DNA of 64,000 bases from Marsupella aquatica (Eukaryota > Plantae > Marchantiophyta). The notes beneath the pieces were generated by a model, which was given only the letters and a program-made list of their open reading frames with translations, did no database searches and had not been told where the DNA came from. The stretch covers positions 9,487,839 through 9,551,838 of the forward strand of contig OZ316893.1 of assembly GCA_973895155.1 (NCBI GenBank). The letters are read 5' to 3'. A program made the translations under genes and the position numbers. Positions 11,487 through 25,934 of this stretch are shown here, in pieces; position 1 is the stretch's first letter, and each line of letters begins with the position of its first letter.

Positions 11487-14400
11487 TCAAAGGCGAGAAT
11501 ATCCTCCCGACTTTGCCTGCGGTTCTCGTTCTTTTACAGGCAGCTGCAAATCTTCTCCAAGGTCTCCCTCGACAGGGGAAAAGTGGTATTCTACTAACTC
11601 GGGAGTTACTTGCTCCAAAACTGGTGGGTTCCACTGCAGCAACGGAATCCAAGCCCCACTCACGGTCAGAAAATACTTTGAGCTGTATGATCTTTACAAA
11701 GTAACAACACAACACGGATATTGGAGGAAGAGAATGACAATATGCCAACTAAAGACGGAACACGAGCTCACACAAATATGATGACTGTACCTTTGGTGAA
11801 TTGTCTTTATCAACCAACATAGCTCGACATCCCTCTCCAAAATCATTGGAGAACCGGCCCTCAACTGCGTGAACGCTCAATCGGAATTCCCGTTCCAGGC
11901 ACTGATGCAAACTCTGTCTCCTGCCTTCCCTCACCTTTACAGCAAGTAATCAAATTCCAGGTGAGTGGCGGAGAAGTTCGTAGAATGTAATATCTCAAAC
12001 TTAGTCATTTGGCATATCGATAGCACTAAGAGTTTTATCTCTGCTTGCAGTGAATCTTCCGTGCAAACATATTTAGTTGACGTGACTTTAAGCTAGAAGT
12101 GATAAAAAGTATCTTTCATAAGAGCTCAATGCCCTACTCACAACTGAGAAGGCAGGAATTTCGTCACACATACCGATCGTAAAGTGATTTTCAGGCTGAG
12201 AGGTGATGCTTTTTTTAAAGCGGTGAGAGTTTCTTGGTACCATGGGTGTCCAGTCTTGATACCAGCCTCCTGCAAAAGGCATTCAAGTAATTCAACTTCT
12301 ATCCATGCACTGCATTCAGTCCAATCTACTACAAGGTCATAAGTCACACAGAGTTGAGGTTTTAAGTGATATGACTCACAAGTGCACGGACTATCTCCTC
12401 CATAGAACTTCTACCAAAACAACTGTCAATCTCCTTTCTTCTGCAAAATGCCAAGAACGTCAATGGTAAGCCAGCCCGTAAAATCCATCATAGAGCCCGT
12501 ATATTTTTCTCCCTCATGCCCTTACAACATCTATACTTAGCTAGACTGGCAACTCTCAATATCTACTGTTAGTACTCACCTGTGAAGAGGGCTCTTCTCT
12601 TTGAGTTGCACTATATCACAATGCTCATCTACAGCATTGCTAATAACTTCTATATCTTCAGTATTTAAACTTCCCAATCGCTCCTCAAGCATCTCCAACC
12701 GCTGCATGTGTAAATGTGGCCATCCCAACTTAGATATATCAGACTCTTATTGGAAGATATCAACGTCTCTTTCATGACTTGGCTTCAGGTTTTAAAATTC
12801 ATAAAAGAGACACGGAACACACGGAAACGACATGATGCTGGAGAACAGGTGATGAATGACTTTGCCTCGCACCAGAAAAAAAAGTAACTGTACTGGAATA
12901 GATAAGGAACACAGATTATGAAGATGCTTACATGTGATGGAACAAAGTGAGTTGCCAAATTGGTTGCCATCATGTCAGCACCATCAAGTCGCGTCCCAGT
13001 AAGAGCCAAGTACTCCCCTGTTCATAGCAGTTTTGTGTCATTAGCACACACCAACACCCGACCGAAAACTAATGCAACTAAGCATTCCACAAACCCTTCC
13101 ATAAATTATAACCGGTAATCTTAACTTTCACCATCACAAAAGCAAAATCAAAAACAAAATCGAAGAAGCCTCACCTAAATGACCTGGCAGACGAGGGAGA
13201 TAAAATGAAGCTCCAACATCTGGATGTAGAGCTATTGCAGTCTCTGGCATGGCAAACACCTAAAATGCATTCCATGAATCCTATGAATCTCAGAAATACA
13301 ATCGTGACAGATATGTATTTCTAAAGCAACAAATCAGAAAAGCATCGAATACTAATCTTTACTGCCTAGGGACCAGGTAACTTTACAAGCATGCGCAAGC
13401 GTGCTCAGATACAGAAGCAGATACTTTGCCAAGAATACAACTAAATACTCGAAAGAATAAGAACGTGAGGAGATAGATAACTGTATTTTCAGTAGCTACT
13501 CTGAAACGACCATGAATTGAGATACCAGTGCCTCCTCCCATTACCACCCCGTCCAGGAAGGCGATCTGTAAATATAGACAACTCAGAGTTAGCATTGCTT
13601 GAAACATGCTGGTCCCCTGCAACCACCATATTTGCGTCAAGATTTCTAAAATAGTCCTCTTGAAGAATCAGAATAAAACTTCCACAAACGACAATAGATG
13701 CTTACAATTTGAACAACAAATATTTGAAAGAGGAAACATGCATGCTTCTATCCAAAATCTTGCGAACATGACCTCGGATCTGTGGACAACGTGAGTTAAA
13801 ATGGGAAGAGTAAAATACTTGCATGCGGTTTCTTGTATGTCCCAACCAAGTAGTTGAGAATATATTCCTTTTTAAAGAAGTCTATCGCTTCATCGTTTTT
13901 TCCTGTAGAGCCCACAACTGTAAGTTTTCATGATCACCTAGCTGCAGACCTGTCAATATAGTTAGCGCTTGTGATATCAAGCTGATGACAGAAGTCTTTT
14001 CTTAAATAACAGTGTACATACTGCTTTGCCTTAAAAAAAACCAGTGGATTCTTTTTAGTAGTGACATAAGTGAAATGATTGTTGCTGAAAACCTACAAAA
14101 GAACTGCGATGTAAATTCGTTTTGATTGCACAAGACGATATCGAACACTGCGTGGACGTCCGTGAAAGTGAATGGGTCGAGCACAGTTTACATATTTAAG
14201 ATAAAATCTTGGGAGAATGATAAAGCCCGTACCTGCTTTCGACATTTGATAAACTCCTGCAACATCTCCACCAGCACAGAAACCTCTACCATTACCCTTG
14301 TACAGCACAGAAAGACACTCCTTCAGGACCTCCACTATGATGTATCTGTCAGCAGAGTTCAAGGCTCTTCTCTAGTCAAACCCTTTCAAGTTATATGTTG

Positions 14401-15416
14401 ACACACTGAATACCTGCTCCTGCTATAATGTATATATACAGGGAGAGGATGTAATACAGGGGATAAGCCTCTTTTCCTTCCAAATTGGATATATGTACGG
14501 TGAGCCAAAATATGGACTTCGGATTTTTTCCCTCCTTCGCACAAATAAGACCATGCCAATTTTGTTTGAGAATCGAAAACAATTCAAAGTCAGAGAGCAA
14601 AGGCCAGTTTAAGGTGCAATTGAAGGCGGAGTAGGGCGTACTCACTTTGACTATCACAATATGCACATGTGGGTCTTTCTCCCACCCTTCATATAGTTTT
14701 AACAAAAGCGAAACCTGTCCAGACGTACCATGCCAGTAGTTTCTCACCTTTCATAATCAGATGTACAAATCAGTTGAAACAACGTACAGGAGACACCAAT
14801 TCTCAATAAAATATAACTGAAACTGCAAATTCCAATTGCTCTGGCTAGACAACTGAAGAAGCGTAAGATGCACATACAATCAGCTGAACAGACTCTCTTC
14901 AGACTCTCTTCAACTCAAATCAAAGAAGCGAAAATTGCGCAAAGCAAAATCTGGAAATTGGTGAGGCACACCATTTTTGGGGTAAGTGCATTCAATTTGC
15001 GAGGCCTATTCAAAATAGCAATTTTCGTTCCAAAACGCTCCTCTGCCAAAACCTGGAAAAAGAACGTTGTGACGGGAAGGTCGAATCCCTTAATCAGAGA
15101 CATCACACAGACACAGAGAGAAAGGATGACGATCAAACTGGTTTTACAATCTGAAGAAAAAACCATGCATGATTCTCAGCAGCCCAGAACTCTAATGTTC
15201 ACCTCAAGAAAAACACAAAATCTGAAGGTCGGGTGTCGTTACGTATAATACCTCCTCATCGAGTGGCACCGCAGTGGAGGGTTTTGCCGCCATGGTTGAC
15301 TGACGGGAAACGCGGAATAAATTATTTGACGGTAGAGCTGTTGATGCCACCACTGCTTTCCCCCCTTCCCAAACCTTCGTCACAAAAAGCGCTCGCAATC
15401 TCTGCACCCCCAGCAT
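11487..15416 (-). CDS. HIBCH: 3-hydroxyisobutyryl-CoA hydrolase-like protein (enoyl-CoA hydratase/isomerase family), probably mitochondrial, multi-exon
   Basis: Exons encode [109 protein letters not shown] and [18 protein letters not shown] at 15416 with a transit-peptide-like N-terminus; TGA at 11487-11489. Confidence 0.9.
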
Positions 15417-16427
15417 TTCCCTCTCCCACGCTCACTCGCTCCTCGCTTCCTTCTTTTTCCTTTTCCCCAGTGCTTGCGAGGTTTCCCTGTTCCCTGTCGT
15501 CTCCTGCTCGAGCTTTGGATCTGTTGATCTTCCTCTACTTCAGAATTGTTCCTGCTCTCTTTGGATCTGTTGTTCTTGTTACTCGTTCTGTACTTCAGGC
15601 ATCCTCTCCAGATTTGCAACGGGCCCAGCTGTGTTGTGTTTGTGGGTTCTCAAATTCACTCGAGAACAGTCCACTTTACACTGGATCTGGTTTAGAACAG
15701 CATACTTGGTGTGATAGACGGAGTACTGTACTTCATTCAGGCACGTGAATCTTATATCTTAAGTCCCATTGTAGGTTTTTTTTTCTTTTTGTATTTTTGT
15801 TAGATTTTGGGTGGGTGACATTCAAACAGATTTGATGCTGCAACTACAGTACCTGCAGGGTAATTAGGTCTTTACTCACCCTGAATTGGGCTGGTAATTG
15901 CTACCGACTCACGCATTTTTCTTACCTTAGCTAATGCCATTCGTGAGTTTTCCCTTTGCAATTTTCAGGGCATTATTGAAGAAGAATGCACACTCAAGAT
16001 TTGGATCTCTCCTTATGACGGTTCTCCCCTGCTAGTACAAAATTAGTAAAAACAAAAATCTCGTAAAACAAATAAGTGTATTAAGGTCCTACCATAATGG
16101 GCAATTATGGCCCCTCAAAACTTGAACTGATATTCTCATTCTTGAGGCACTTCATCTTACAATGCCCTTTAAACAGGACTTTAGTGTATATGTACAGCTA
16201 TCATATAACACTCTTTTTAGAAAACTTTATACACTATTTATGTTGTGCCCTACTAGCCCACCCTACTAGCTCAATGCTTCCGCGCTTGTGGCTCTGGTCA
16301 TGGTATCATTGCAAGAGTGTTGTCATTGGAGAAGTATTGTATACAAAATTCAGTGTAGTACAATGATGCAGAAGTACAAATGGTAGGCTGCAGATGCAAA
16401 GCAGAAATAGGTAGGGAGAGTCAAAGC

Positions 16428-16768
16428 TGTTAGATATTGTTCTAGTCTTGTGACTCATGAGCTAACTACAGTTAAAACTCGGGTTAGGACTTAGCTAATG
16501 TTAGCGGTAGTGTTGTTGTGCTTATAGCCAGGGCTGATGCTAGACCCTGGTGGAACTTAGGCTCATTGTTACGGAGCTAGTTGAGAGATAGGGAGAGCTT
16601 GTGCTGTGGATGCTTGGTATGGCCGGTTGGCCTAGAGTGCAGTAAAGCTCTTGTGTGTTCCCGTGGACGTAGCCTCATGTGGAGGTGAACCACGTATCTC
16701 TCTGTGTCGACTATTGTGCGTTGGATGGTTCATGGGCTTGCCGTTACGAATGTCGTCTATGCTCAACA
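16428..16768 (+). repeat. Copia 5' LTR
   Basis: TGTTAGATATTG...ATGCTCAACA, direct repeat of 32441-32781. Confidence 0.97.
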
Positions 16769-16770
16769 AG

Positions 16771-16782
16771 TGGTATCAGAGC
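16771..16782 (+). other. Primer-binding site (tRNA-iMet)
   Basis: TGGTATCAGAGC 2 nt after the 5' LTR. Confidence 0.95.
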
Positions 16783-18622
16783 ATGCCTGGGAGGTGACGA
16801 GGTTTTTTCGTGATAGGTTTTTCAGCGTTCATTGTCGATGGTACATTCGGAGTTTCGTCGCTTGAAACTCGAATGTGTGTGGCTGAGTGGATAGGTTAGT
16901 GAGAGGGTTTTCTAACGGTGGTTAGAACTCGCTGATCGGTATCCGTGGTGCGGAGGAATTGAAGTTTGCATCGTTCAGGGTTTATTCGTGTTCGACGGTA
17001 TTTCGGGGGAGAGACCAGAGTTTGCATTTTTCAACGGTGTGAGTTGTGCGGTGCGGGAGGGGTCGTACATTATAGCTCAAGTTGAAGGTTGAAGCGAGTT
17101 GGTCGTTTCGGTAGCTGGATAGTTGTCGAGTTGTTACCGAGTGAGACGTGACGAGTGACGGAGGCGTTCAGGTTTTTTCACAAGCTATGGAGCTTGTTCA
17201 CATCTGAACCGGGTTTCTCTTCGTGACGTCCGACTCGGTGGAAGAGACGCGAAGTGCCACGGCTCAACGGTTTGATCGCGGTGAGGCGGTTGTTTTGAGC
17301 CCGGGATTGGCACTTGACGCGGAGTGAAGACAACGCAGCGGAATTTTATTTTTTCTGAGCTGGGGCTGCAAACTGTGCCAGTGCAATTCGGCAACTTTTT
17401 CCGTCGGCGGCGTTAACTTTACTTGTTTAAAACAGCGGCAATTCAAGTGAGTTATTTCATTTTTAACTTTAGTGGGAGGTTTTTGGCTTTAAGGGGTGAT
17501 TTGGGGCATTTTTGGTGTGTGTATACACACACACACACCCCGCCTGGCCCCAATACCCCAGTCTTTGCCCCGATACCCCCCTCTTGCCCGATATTGAATA
17601 TGCAGACGCCCAGCCCCGGACGGCGCTTTGTACGCGCCCGGCCTCATCGGGCTTGCCGCCCCCTCCTCGCCAGTCGGCCTCCCCGCTACGCCCTCCGGCC
17701 TTCGCCCCGCGTACCTGCTGTTGCCGGTGAACGACCCCGGCCCAGATCGGGCTGTACACGGCTGCGTAAGCAGCCGCCCGATTGCCCCTACCTGTACTTT
17801 TTTACTCCCGGTCCCAGCCTCAATACCCTGTATTCCTCCTGGCCCACCTCGCGTCGCCTATACGACGCGGATGCGCCCTTTTCTTTTTCTTATACAGGTA
17901 TTTTTGTAATTAAGGGGCGTTTACACCCCTTTAGGGCCCATTTTTAGCCTTTCTTTTCTTCCCCTTTGTTCTCCTTGTGCCGGGACCTGCCGCCCTCCAT
18001 TTTAACCGCTCCGACAGGGGGAACGGCCCCCTGTGAGACCTGTCGGACTGTGCGGGAATATTCCCAAAAAACAAAGAGCTGTTTTTCGGCCGTCCGACAA
18101 AGATTCTGTCCGCTGAAAGGTAACTTTTTTGGTTCTTTTTTTGTGAGGATGTTGCCACTGGAGTTAGCAACGCGGCGCACCGATCACATCACGATTCCGA
18201 CGACGGGTTGTACTTGGTATTTTGGGTATTCTCTGCGGTGGTCAAAACGGGGGAGTTTTCCAAGGTTTTACCCACTCGACCAAAATTTGAATAACTTTTC
18301 CATCGAATTTTGATTTTGATTTCGGCTTTCAGTATTGGACTCCTAGCTTTGTGGGCTACGCGGCGGTGTTGAGTTTTGAGTTTTATGAGAAGTTTTGAAA
18401 AAAGACATTTTTTCGTGATTGTTTCATATGAGTGACTCGGGGGATACTAGAAGAATTGGCATCGGTGGAGCTTCAGGATTGTGACGGTCAGACGGACAGT
18501 CTGAGGAGGAGCTGCTACCGTTTGAGGAGGAACTTGAATCACCGGTATGATCACCGGTGAGGCGTGCAATGGAGGAAGCTGTACTACTACCAGAGCTGTC
18601 GATAGTAGGGAAGAAGAGGGAG

Positions 18623-20984
18623 ATGGCTAGATTTGGAGGAGTGAAGTTTGAGATAGAGAAGTACGATGGTCGTACTGATTACTTGTGGGAGAAGCAAGTG
18701 AAGGGTGTCCTTCGGGCCATGGGCTTAGCTCATCTACTTTCTTCGCGAGAGCAGTATGATGGAGAGGAGGAGATTTCTGTGAGACAATGGAGACAGGAGA
18801 CAGGAGCAGGTGATTGTTGTCAATGCAGTGATGCTTTATCTGAAGCCGCACATCATCAAGCAGCTGGATGATTATGCGGATTGCGCATCACTGTTCAAGG
18901 CTTTTAGAGAGAAGTACTACCGGGAAGATGCGTCAGACCGGCTGTACAAGAAGTTTTTCTTGATGAGCCTCAGGCTCAAGGAAGGGAGCAAGATGCAGGA
19001 TCACCTGGATGAGTTTGATAGTCTAGCGGTGGATCTGTCAAACTTGGGAAAAGGAGTTGAAGATGAGGATAAGGCTTTGCTTCTGCTAAGCTCCTTACCG
19101 CCGTCATATCAGGGCTTGAAACAGGTGCTCTTGTAAAGAGATCTGAAGTCCATTTCGTATAATGAGGTGGTGAGCTCATTATTGTCTGATGATGCTCAGA
19201 AGAAGTTGGGTCAATCACAGATTGCATCTTCTTCTGGCACTACGCTCAATGTGAACAGGGGAAGAGCAGCGTAGCGCACGAATGGGCAAAATAGGTTTAG
19301 ATCTACATCACGAGGGAGATCTAAATCCAGAGGGAAATCACAAGAGAGGAAGCCTCTTGCATGTTGGAATTGTGGCAAGCCTGGCCACATGAAAAGGGAT
19401 TGTCGAGTAAAGGTCCCTACTGCATCTGCTAATGCGGCATCGAGCTTGCATGAGGTAGATTTACTCGATGATGATGACATATTGTGATGCCAAGGTTATG
19501 CTCTCAACGTAGTGTCAAATCCAGGTATTGATGACTGGATTCTAGATAGTGCATGTACTTTTCACATTTGCTCTATGAGAGATTTTTTCAGTTCTTACAC
19601 GGTTTCCAACGGGTCAGTGTTGATGGGAAATGGAATCCCATGTCAAGTTGTTGGACTTGGATCTGTAAGATTTCAGATGTTTGATGGTGCTGTGAGAACG
19701 TTGAGGAATGTGAGACATATTCCCAGCATGATGAAAAATATCATTTCACTTGGAGTTTTAGAAGCAAATGGCCATCAGTGGAGTTCTGCTAATGGTGTCC
19801 TTCAGGTTTCAACTAGTACTAAAGTTGTATTGAAAGGAAAGAGACATTGCAATCTATACGTTTTAGAGGGCAGTATAGTTTGTGATGAAGCCAATGTAAC
19901 CTTATCTCATGAGGAGACGGCCCGGCTATGGCACTTCCGTTTGGGCCACATGAGTGAAAAAGGTTTGGCTATTCTTCAGAAGAAAGGATTACTTTCTAAT
20001 TTGCTATCTTGTAAGTTGGAATTTTGTGAGCACTGTGTGTTTGGGAAGCAGCACAGGAAACCCTTCGGAGTTGGAACTCACACCAGCAAGGAGGTACTTG
20101 AGTATGTACATAGTGATGTGTGGGGTCCAGCCCCTACTCCCTCACATTCTGGATGGTTATACTATGTCACGTTCATTGACGATTACTCAAGGTATGTGTG
20201 GATATACTTTTTACACAATAAGTCTGATGTTTTTGCCACTTTTAAGGAGTAGAAAGCCCAAGTTGAGAATCAGACTGGTAATAAGGTGAGATATCTTTGA
20301 TCGGATAACGGCGGTGAATACAGTTCTGGTGAATTTGGAACGTATTGTAAGGAGTAGGGGATTACCCGCCATCTCACAACAAGTTATACTCCTCAGCAGA
20401 ATGGTGTTTCTGAGAAACTTAACCAAACACTATTGGACCGCTCGAGGAGTATGTTGAGTCAATCATGCTTATCACATGAGTTTTGGGCTGAAGCTGTCAA
20501 CACTGCAGCTTATTTGGTAAATTTTTCTCCATCCAGTTCTATTGGATTCAAGACGCCATATCAAATGAGGTACGGGCGTCCAGCAGATTACTCACATCTG
20601 AGGATTTTTGGATGTGATGCTTATGTGCTTACACCTTCCCAGCTTCAATCCAAGCTGGAGACCAAGTCAAAGAAGTGCATTTTCCTTGGCTATCAGAAAG
20701 GTGTGAAGGGTTATAGGTTATAGGATCCAGTAACCTGTAAACTAATTGTCAGTAGAGATGTGTCCTTTAATGAATCCAGATCATCAAAGGAGGGGGAGAG
20801 TTCTCAGGACTCCCATACTGACAAGGGGAAATCCCCCATCCCGGACCGGGTTGAGGGGGAGATTAGTCATGATGTTATTCATGACAGGAGAGATGGAGAA
20901 GCTCCGGGCTTGGAGCTGATTCCTGTGATGGAACAAGAGGAGCAGATTGTTGCTGGGGTACCTCAAATTCAACCAGCAGCAGCA
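18623..20984 (+). pseudogene. Copia gag-protease-integrase (5' part of gag-pol), stops and frameshifts
   Basis: KFEIEKYDGRTDY.WEKQV; LLLLSSLPPSY; zinc knuckle CWNCGKPGHMKRDC (~19360-19400); WILDSACTFH (protease); LWHFRLGHMS..CEHC; YVHSDVWGP; FIDDYSR; FWAEAVNTAAYLVN; KCIFLGY. Confidence 0.95.
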
Positions 20985-22785
20985 TGTCACACCATTCTAG
21001 GTAGTGTTAGAGTATATCGTACTATCTAGATCCGTATGTTTGGTATGTGTGCTATATGAGCCAATAAGGTTCCGTTAGGTTTGTGTGAGAGGGTACTTGA
21101 GCCTTGGAGAGAGAGAAGCTTGAGTGACTATGGTGGCTATGAGCTCTGCTTGTGTAACGTGGATTCCTTGAGTAGGGCAAGGTGCGTTGGCTTGACATAC
21201 GTGTGTGATCGGATCTGTGCGAGATCCATGGGGTATTGCTGACCAGGATTGTTGTGCTGATTGTTGAGGAGATTACATTGAAAGATCATGAGCTTCAAAC
21301 TCTGTTGTGCGGACAGAAGCTCAGTCTGAGTTTGTCGTTGACGATTTGCGGTAGATCAAATCGATTTGAGCTGTTATTTTGATCCGTGGTACCTCGGATC
21401 ATGGAGTGGATTGCTGGTATTGAGAAGTTTGTGTCTGATCTGTGCTACCATTTTACGGACAGTATGCTGCTGCCCCTGTTTTTGTGAAGTAGATCGGGTT
21501 GGCTGAGTGCAGATGCTGATAGATCTGCGATTGTACGCTACAGATCTATGATTGGTGATAGGTTTTGAGTTGGAGGTCGTTTGATGATTCGTGGAGGAAA
21601 GCGAATACTGAGTAGATGTCGGATAGTGGAAGTCGATCCCTTGAGGCTTCAGATCCGATTGCCGGCTACTATGGGATGATGTTGGCAAGGCACAGGTGAA
21701 GCGACGGTTCTTTTCCTAAAGGAACGGATCTGCCGATGCCCCGTGCGGCGGTACCATTGTTTCCGTGAAAGAAATGAGGGTCGAAGGTGTTGAATCGAGC
21801 TGCTGCCAATTCTGTGGAAGGGTTGCGTCCAAAGTTCTCTGGAAAGGCTACGTTTTTCATGAAGGAAATGACTCACAAAGTTACTGCAACTCGCGGATCC
21901 ATTCGATAGGGCATCGACGCGGCAGACTGTCCATCACCTGTTTGCAATTGATTCGGATGCATTCTGCGAAGGGAAACCGAGAGACAAAAATCTGAATGTT
22001 GCCAAAACTATATTCGGCGTAGCAAAGCGTTGCAGGCGTGAAGGGCTCACTCTTTGGCTCATCTTGGCGTTTAGAGGCTTCGAGGTAACTCGGGACGAGG
22101 GGCGTGAGGGCAGAGCAGGCGGGCCACAAGCCAGCTTGCTGGTACGTGAGGAGTAGTTGCAAGCTGCTGATTTTTGAGCGGCCATTTTGGTGCATAACTA
22201 CAAGTGAGAGGTCACCCATCCCAAAGCTATTCCTTCCCCACGCGCTTAACTATGTGGTTCTTAAGTGCTCTTGTGTACACACACTCCTTTCCACTTTGAT
22301 GTTAATGGAATGAGCACTTAGGCATTTTATACACATACTAGTTTGTTTAGATTACCATTTTGGGGCAAATCATAAGCTCCCTCGAGGTTTTTGATGCTTC
22401 TGAATCCATCTAGATCCATGGATTGAACCAATTGTGCATGGATCCTTAGCTACGACCTTGAACATTGAGAGGCCTATTATGAAGGCCCTACATTGAACAT
22501 TATGAACATTGTTTGATTGATGTATGATCACTATTGATGTGGAGAGTTATTGTGGATCTCTTCTTGTTGATTGGATCCTCTCCACATATACTTCCTGTTT
22601 ATGCGCCATGTTGGCGTGGGCGCTTGATTCTATAGGAGTGATCCGGGTTTGCAACCGGACATTCTAGTTGTGCTACGTATTTCTCTCCTGGTGATGTTGG
22701 AGTGATGCCCAACACACCATGGTAAGTGCTTGTGTTGCTGACATGGACAGATTGCCCTTAGGGTTAGCATATAGATTAGGTTAAG

Positions 22786-25190
22786 TTGGTCACCATAGAT
22801 TCTTCTGGTGTTGTTGGGTTACCCAATGGACAACGGACCGGTTTCACTCAGAGTGGGACACAGTTTCGGCCAGCGGCATTGGTAGCAGTCAACAGTGCAG
22901 CTTCAGACAGTGATTCCGATGAGGACTCAGTCACCAGTTCTCCTCGTCATCAGGTGGTTGCACCTTTGTTGTGGGATATGGACGAGATGTACGGGGCTAC
23001 AAAGGGCCCACGATGATGCTCTGGTGCAGTTGGCACAATTGATCTGGATGACTTCATCTAGGAATTTGATACGTGGTGCGATATGTAGACCTGCGTAACG
23101 CCACGTTGTTTACCCCTTTCATGGCATGGAAGGGATTATTTCAGCATTTGGAGGGGCCACCCATGGATGACTACCATGAGTTTTGGAAGGCTCATTTGGT
23201 TGAGATTGAGGCATGGAGGCAGCATTGGTCGCCTAATTATGTGTCCATCACCTATGGCACTAGTGCGGCTGTCCAACCCATTGCCACAGCTGCTGCTTCT
23301 TCTAGCAGCACTAGCCAAAGTGGCACACCATCCACCAGTAGCACTCCAACAACATCCACCGCTACTCTTGCCGATGTGATTGTGACAGGAACTGGAGTTG
23401 CGCCAGCATTTAACCCTGTGGTGGAATTCTTTGAGGTACTGAAGCAGAACTATCAGGGTGTGAGAACGGATAAGTTGAAGGGTCTCCAGGAGTTCCAGCG
23501 CAAGACTGGAGAAAGTCTACGTGAGGGATACACTCGTATGCGCAGATTGATCACTGTCACCAAGGGAGTGACAAAGGCTCAGGCAGTCCAGTTTTGGTAT
23601 GCAATTCTGGATAGAGAATTACGACGTTAGAGTGAGAGATGTCACTCTGCTTAGGGATGCAGATCCTACATTAGCAGTTGTTTTTACCCTTTCTGAGCGC
23701 ATTGAGCTCAATATGGTGAATGAGAAGGTGGTGACTTTCGGATTTGCCAAGGAAACACCAAAGGCTGCATCTACATCCACACCACAGCCTACTGCACGAA
23801 AGAGCCAGAGGGAGAAGCCTACTGCACGAGAGTCTACCAGCCAGAGACCTGTGCCCTCTTATGCTGGACACCAGTCAGGATGTTGGACCTGTGGTGGGGA
23901 TCATGCACAGAGATATTGCCCAGATCATAGAGGATTAGGGGGAGCATCAGCGCCTGATCAGCGACAGTGCGATCACTGTGGAGCTCCTGGACACACCAAA
24001 GATAGGTGTTTCTCACTCCACCCTGAGTTACGGACTCGGGGGTCTCACTACATGGGGACCTCCCCATCACCTGCGACGTTTTTAGGCCTTGGACCCCCTA
24101 AAATGTAAGAAAAAATATTATTTTTTAACCCCTATAAAGTTGGAATATTCTTGGAATATTCCAAAAATTGGATTAAAAAGGCTCTATTGTTCTTATAAGT
24201 CTCAAAATTGAATTTAAAAGACCCTATTGTTCTTCTACAAAAATTCTTAAGTCTTCCCTTACAACCAATAAAATGACCCTATCCTTCGTCGCACGTGATA
24301 TGCCATTTTTGTGAAAGTGAAACCCCTGAGGTTACGGAGAGGAGGATCCCGTACACATGATTAGGGAAGAGGAGGAGGAGGAGGTAGAGGTGGTGGACGT
24401 GGTCGAGGCATGCCACGTGCAGGGAGACAGGGAGGTGACGCTGCCCCTGCTGTAACCATAGATCCAAAGGATGCTAAGATTGCTCATTGGAGCAACAACT
24501 AGCTGCCATGGCTAGTTCCCAAGTGAGACCTAATTCTGGTGATGGGGCATCTACATCCTATGGACCTTCCACATCCCATGGTCCTTCCACATCTTATGGA
24601 GCTGATGGAGACCTTGCCACCATGGGATTCATGTGTGGCACTGCACATATTGATGCATCAGCAATTTTGACACGTGGGGCAGCTAAAGCTCTTGAGCCTC
24701 GAGGAGCAGTAGTGGAGTTAGATCCACAAAGGGGGGATGCACGTCGGCAAACAAAGCTTCCTCAGTCTTTTACATTGTTAGAGACAGTTCAGACTGCCTC
24801 TATGAACCCGATTCGGAAAAACCCTGGCGTGGGTAAGTTGGCAGAATCAAGTAGTGATGCAACAGGGATGATAGGTACCCTACTGGGGGCGGCTACTGCC
24901 ATGGTACGCACCCCATTATTTTCAGCGACAGACATGCTGAACTTGGGAGTTGGTCCTGCAAAGGTGTTTAGATTGGCAGCTACACTCTGTGAGAACACTC
25001 TAGTGGTTGCTTCCCATGCAGAAGCAGCTTGCAGTGTTGAAGTAGTGAAGACCATGCCACCTACTACTACTAGTGAGACATGGGATGCAGCAACAGCGAG
25101 GTTGGTGGATTTACCAGCACACCCTGCATTTGAGAGGACTAGGTTTAAACCTAGTGTTGTATCATTGGATAATTGGAGTGGCATCTTCTG
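22786..25190 (+). pseudogene. Gypsy gag-like region with two CCHC zinc knuckles, interrupted by a MITE
   Basis: LQEFQRKTGESLREGYTRMRRL (retrotrans_gag-like); CWTCGGDHAQRYC and CDHCGAPGHTKDRC; Gly/Arg-rich stretch resumes after the MITE. Confidence 0.8.
24035..24330 (+). mobile_element. MITE (296 bp), copy 1, inserted in Gypsy gag
   Basis: 15-bp imperfect TIRs CTCGGGGGTCTCACT / AGTGAAACCCCTGAG. 8-bp TSD GTTACGGA at 24027-24034 and 24331-24338. Homologous to 53136-53433. Confidence 0.93.
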
Positions 25191-25560
25191 ATTAGTTGGG
25201 CCTTTTGGAGCAGTATACCAGCCAGAGAGGGTGTTACTAGATACTGGTGCTCAGCCCTTGATGTTGGGAAAGTTTGCCATACGTGGATTGGGATTACGTC
25301 CAGAGGATTTAGAGGATTGTCCCTTTCCCATTCAGACTTCATTGGGGGGACCTACACCTACACAGCACATTACCATGAGACCTCTTGATTTGAGGATTCA
25401 GGAAGGTCATACCACAGATAGCTCACAGATACAGGCACGAGCTATTTTGACTAAGGCAGAGTCATATGATGTGTTGGTGGGATGTACAGTGCTTTACCCC
25501 ATGAGATTTATTCTTGATTTTGGGGAGGAATCAGTGTCATATAGACCTGATTGGCAGTCA
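25191..25560 (+). pseudogene. Gypsy aspartic protease
   Basis: VLLDTGAQP (DTG active site) ... YDVLVG. Confidence 0.8.
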
Positions 25561-25934
25561 GGAGATGCTCGATTGAGCAAATTGCTAGTGAGATTTAGTG
25601 GACTTGTGGGAGGCCCTAAATCCACACCATTGTCTTTGGCAGCATTCAGTGGTCTAATTGCTGGACTTGATGATTTGATTGAGGGTAATGCGCATGCAAC
25701 AGATGTTCCACCATTGGAGGAGTCTCATGAGGAGCACATCATGCAAGGATTACCTAATGGCAGTGTTGTGCCACCAGTGTGGGGCACTGCACAGGCCTTG
25801 CCACAGATAGCAGCACGATTGGTACATGATGCATGGCGTCATGCTTTTACACCACAGTCAGGAGCAGAACAGTCTCTTGCAGATGGACATGTGACTCTTT
25901 CACCATTGGATACCACTCCTATTGCTTGGCAGTA

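Noticed and set aside
15990-16170. Similarity to 41330-41500 and 41870-41940 (CACTCAAGATTTGGA.., GGCAA..AT.GCCCCTCAAAACT)
   Set aside because: Probably an old dispersed repeat, but boundaries and class cannot be defined by eye.
17423-18313. GC-rich ORFs in the Copia leader as a captured gene or separate insertion
   Set aside because: No recognisable domain and no TIR/TSD found; long ORFs are expected by chance at this GC content.
22744-22760. TGGACAGATTGCCC as the Gypsy PBS
   Set aside because: I cannot match it to a tRNA 3' end; kept only as a candidate boundary.
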